Translations under genes and position numbers: made by a program
The notes under the pieces: generated by a model
The model's database searches: none
What the model saw: the letters and a program-made list of their open reading frames with translations, nothing else
Told to the model about the DNA's origin: nothing
Assembly (NCBI GenBank): GCA_002269645.1
Contig: NIVC01001371.1
Location: forward strand, 124,001 to 188,000
Length of the DNA stretch: 64,000 nt
Reading direction: 5' to 3'
Source: Macrostomum lignano
Taxonomy: Eukaryota
Shown here: positions 60,501-64,000 of the stretch, in pieces
How positions within the stretch are numbered: the first letter of the stretch is position 1
Layout of the letters: each line of letters starts with the position of its first letter

Positions 60501-61879
60501 ATAAAATAGCAATCTGGCCTGCTCAAGGTTTATTTCTCTTCTCAGCGCTCTTCTCTCCCCCTCTTCCCTCTCGTCTCTTCTCTCTCCCCTCTCTCCTTCT
60601 TCTCTTTCCTCTCCCCTCTTCTCTCCTATTTTCTTATCCCGAGTCTCGCCTGTCTCTTCTCTCATATCTCATCTTCTATTCTCTCTCCTTTCCACTCTGA
60701 TCTGGCCTGCAGTCATTAGCTGGATTCTTTATCTGGCTTTGATGTAAAAGAGTTGCCGACTTCAGAGCTAAGTACCGGGGAAGACTACAGCCCTCACCCC
60801 TAGATCTGCCATGTGCCCGCCAGACCCAATGCTTCAATGTGAGCCTCGTTGCCGCTCCCGCACCTGCAGAGCAGGGTCGCACAGACGGCGCCATCTGCGA
60901 GTTCAGCATGGAGCAGCGGAACGAATTTCTGCAGCGAGCATTCGAAGCCGGGGTTCGCAACATCGAGATGGAGTCGCTGGCGCTGGCGGCCATCACGCAC
61001 CGGCTGGGCATCCGTGGTGAGAGGGCAGATTGTCACGGACTACTAAATTAATGGTCTATGTAGGCGGATTTCTGCTTCGAAATCCATCAGGGACAAGTTC
61101 TACTTCAATTAAATCTATAGCAACTAGCTGTTAATATTAATGCACTCATATTTGAGCATATGGCATTTCTTAAGAGGTCGGAAAGTTTTGATAGTTGAAT
61201 TCTTTTAACTTTCTCATCTGAAATTCAAATTAATTCTCAGAAATTTTAATTGCAGTTATCTTACAGGGTTTCGAAATTAGCAAAATATTCTCGATTTTCG
61301 ACAATGGGAAATGTCGTACAGAACGAATGCAGTCTACAAAGAGCATTCATGGAACCCATGGTAGGAGTTGCATCACAAGCTTGAAAAAATCAAATCGTCG
61401 AAAACTTTTTTCCAGGCATTTTTATAATGATATAAAAAAGTAAACTTCCACTACTATGGTTTGTTAGGGTTAGGGTCAGGGTTAGGGTTAGGCTGCTAAA
61501 TGAGTTTTCGGCGATGTGACTTTTCGAGCTTGTGATGGCGACCCTCAAGGAATACACAAGGAGACGGAGTATACATGGAGATGGTAATGAAATATATATA
61601 GAGAATATTACATAAAACATACATACGAGCTAGAATATACAGAGAATACACAGGAAGTTTGTAGGGAGTTTCACGGGTCGCCAATAGTATCATATTTTTT
61701 TTAAATTAACCTTAAAATCCCTACAAAAAACGCCCGCAGCCGCCTGCATGGCAGTCACCCTGCTGGACAGGTTCAAGCAGGACCAGGTGCAGCTGGATCA
61801 CAGCCTGATTGCTCAGTTCGAAGGGCGAATGCTGCGGATTCTGGCCGCCTTCATCAGGAGTAGAAACATTTGTGGCTGA
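57599..61879 (+). CDS. UPP: Uridine phosphorylase (UPP1/UPP2 family), 6 exons, 302 aa, intact
   Basis: Exons 57599-57736, 59470-59631, 59713-59898, 60142-60277, 60870-61016 and 61740-61879 total 909 nt. Motifs VRLANPHL..DVLYHIG..FGDTKVVCMGGS..RM; HGMGIPSISILLHEL; FIRLGTCGGLG; DFYEEQGRTDGA; RNIEMES. Confidence 0.93.
58101..59287 (-). mobile_element. LTR-like insertion in UPP-2 intron 1
   Basis: TGTGAC...GTCACA termini. The minus strand carries CCAAT (~59165), TGACGTCA (~59145) and TATAAATA (~59065) in promoter order. The intron is 1733 nt versus 101 nt in paralog 1. No TSD found. Confidence 0.45.
60438..60766 (-). mobile_element. Second hAT-type MITE copy with a CT-rich core, in UPP-2 intron 4
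   Basis: CCGGCCCTCGGGTCCTT..AATAGCA.TC.GGCCTGCTCAAGGTTT matches the reverse complement of 7235-7300. Imperfect TIR CAGGTGTCGGCA / TGCCGACTTCAG; possible degraded 8-bp TSD ATCTAAGC / AGCTAAGT. Confidence 0.65.
61365..61545. repeat. Inverted repeat (~35 bp) flanking a short TTAGGG run
   Basis: CATCACAAGCTTGAAAAAATCAAATCGTCGAAAACT ... TTAGGGTTAGGGTCAGGGTTAGGGTTAGG ... AGTTTTCGGCGATGTGACTTTTCGAGCTTGTGATG. Confidence 0.75.
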
Positions 61880-62040
61880 GCTAATCTGCTAATTGCTTTT
61901 AACTGGGTTTGTTACACCCGAACATTGTCGTTTGCCGCTTTCAACTAATGTCCATCAGGGCTATGCAGACAGCTCTAATTATTCTAGTGACAATCTTTTA
62001 TTGACTACTTTTTGCAAATTATTAACTGACTACTCACGCC

Positions 62041-63802
62041 TCCCCTGAAGAGAGAATTCGGTCGATACAATATGCCCTGAAAACTACTGATTTCCCATGA
62101 ATCCATGACCCAGCAGAAGTCCAAAAAAGCAATCCTAGAAATCCTATCGCATTGTCTGCACAGTGTACAAGTATGCAAAATATTACAGTGACTTTAGTTG
62201 ATATCGGTATAGAATGAAACTAATCCATTCTGCCAGAGCCTCAGAAGTTGGCCTTTCATGGCTGAGTATCGCCTCAGGCCAATCGCACGGAATCGAACCA
62301 ACTATACATGCATACATTTTTCGCAAGAGGCAGCTGCTCAGCCTCTCAATTGCTTCATCAGTTGTTTATTATTAAAGTGCAGCCGAGCTCTGGCAGCCCG
62401 TCTCTGTTCTGTCCAGCTCTCGGCCTGCCCAGGACAGTGCGGGACTCACATATAGGCTGATTTTGGATTTTATACGGTTTATCTGTGCACTGCGGCTGCC
62501 TGGCTTTTTTATTGTATTTTGCACTTGGTGACCGGCAATTTAGCATTTCACTGCTGAGATTTGTCAACTCGAAAGCTCAGCTTCTCTACTCTCCATAAGA
62601 TCCCAGCTCAGCTTCTTTGTTCTCTATCAGATCCCAGCTCAGATCATGCAGACTCCGCTCAATAAACGCTTGTTTTCTCATGCTTCGAGAAAGCGCTAAA
62701 CTATCAAAAAAATGCAGCTGGCTGGCAGCCCAGCCTCCGCCCGTCATCTCTGAGCACAGAAGCGAAGGTGCAGTGAGGGGGCAGGCAGGGTGCTAAAGCA
62801 CAATGCAGAGTCTCCATTGTGCAAGGCTGGGGCTGCAACTCTTTCGGGAGCAGCTGCCACTGCAGCCTCAGACAGCTCAGCTTTGCGCTGGTCATCTCGG
62901 CAGCCTCATCGCTAAATGAATCTCCAAGCTTCATCTGGAACGGCCCCACCCAGCTCAGCACTCGCAGTGCGACAGTCTGGCGTCATAAAAGCCCGCAAAG
63001 AGAAAACTACTCGAGTTCGCAATCACCCCATACTGGCCTCTCGAACCACCCAACCCCCGCAACTCCTGCCTGAGATAATAAATAAGTCTAGCTAGAATGC
63101 AGCTTCATTCAGCTCACTACTCAAAACAGACCGAGTACAGCACTGCTGGTTGCCCCCGGAGTCTGCCAAACTGCAGGGAGGCTGACAGAGCGGTGAGCTG
63201 GCCTGAGAATAGCGAGCGAGCAGAGATACAGAGAGGTTAAGCTGGCCTCTCTAACCACCCGCTGCCTACAGCTCGACTGCGTTTTGTCTTAAAAAGCCAT
63301 TGTGACCATGCTCGCATATCATAATTCGATGGCTCTCAGGCCATTCAGTGCGTGCTCAAGCCTGTCTGTTGCTGCTGGCTGCAGGTGGCAGGAATGCAAA
63401 ATGCAGCGAATTGCTGCGGCCGAGAGCTGGACAGAGTGGAGACGGGCTGCCGGAGCTCGGCTGCACTTTAATAGTAAACAACTGATGAAGCAATTGAGAG
63501 GCTGAGCAGCTGCCTCTTGCGAAAAATGTATGCATGTATAGTTGGTTCGATTCCGTGCGATTGGCCTGAGGCGATACTCAGCCATGAAAGGCCAACTTCT
63601 GAGGCTCTGGCAGAATGGATTAGTTTCATTCTATACCGATATCAACTAAAGTCACTGTAATATTTTGCATACCTGTACACTGTGCAGACAATGCGATAGG
63701 ATTTCTAGGATTGCTTTTTTAGACTTCTGCTGGGTCATAGATTCATGGGAAATCAGTAGTTTTCAGGGCATATTGTATCGACCGAATTCTCTCTTCTGGG
63801 GA
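62041..63802. mobile_element. Long-TIR foldback DNA transposon (non-autonomous, Mutator-like), ~385-bp TIRs
   Basis: 62041-~62424 is the reverse complement of ~63418-63802. TCACGCC is duplicated at 62034-62040 and 63803-63809. No transposase ORF. Confidence 0.85.
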
Positions 63803-63809
63803 TCACGCC

Positions 63810-64000
63810 TCCCCTGAAGAGAGAATTCGGTCGATACAATATGCCCTGAAAACTACTGATTTCCCATGAATCTATGACCCAGCAGAAGTCTAAAAAAGCA
63901 ATCCTAGAAATCCTATCGCATTGTCTGCACAGTGTACAGGCATGCAATTAGTACAGTGACTTTAGTTTATATCGGTGTAGAATGAAACTAATCCATTCTG
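63810..64000. mobile_element. Start of a second copy of the same long-TIR element (truncated by the window edge)
   Basis: TCCCCTGAAGAGAGAATTCGGTCGATACAATATG... is nearly identical to the sequence from 62041 onward. Confidence 0.85.

Overview
Eukaryotic, animal genomic DNA with GC-rich exons and minisatellite-packed introns. My best guess is a free-living flatworm such as Macrostomum (inference, unverified). Genes reconstructed exon by exon with consistent splice phases: a PLC-like/PRIP (PLCL) gene (minus, 15 exons, may continue past base 1); SENP8/NEDP1 deneddylase; an LMO7/LIMCH1-family CH+LIM protein; an intronless FRYamide neuropeptide precursor; an SLC25A33/36-type mitochondrial pyrimidine nucleotide carrier; and two tandem uridine phosphorylase paralogs, the first disrupted. 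Mobile DNA includes a BEL/Pao relic, a piggyBac transposase relic, RTE and other LINE fragments, CORE-type tRNA SINEs, hAT-type MITEs, a long-TIR foldback element in tandem, and inverted-repeat elements enclosing telomere-like repeats. The most unusual signal is two sharply bounded domains at the 5' ends of housekeeping genes where CpG is almost completely erased. In the first domain the piggyBac relic also shows many TpG/CpA->TpA changes, a RIP-like hypermutation pattern. Transposons elsewhere in the window are not affected.
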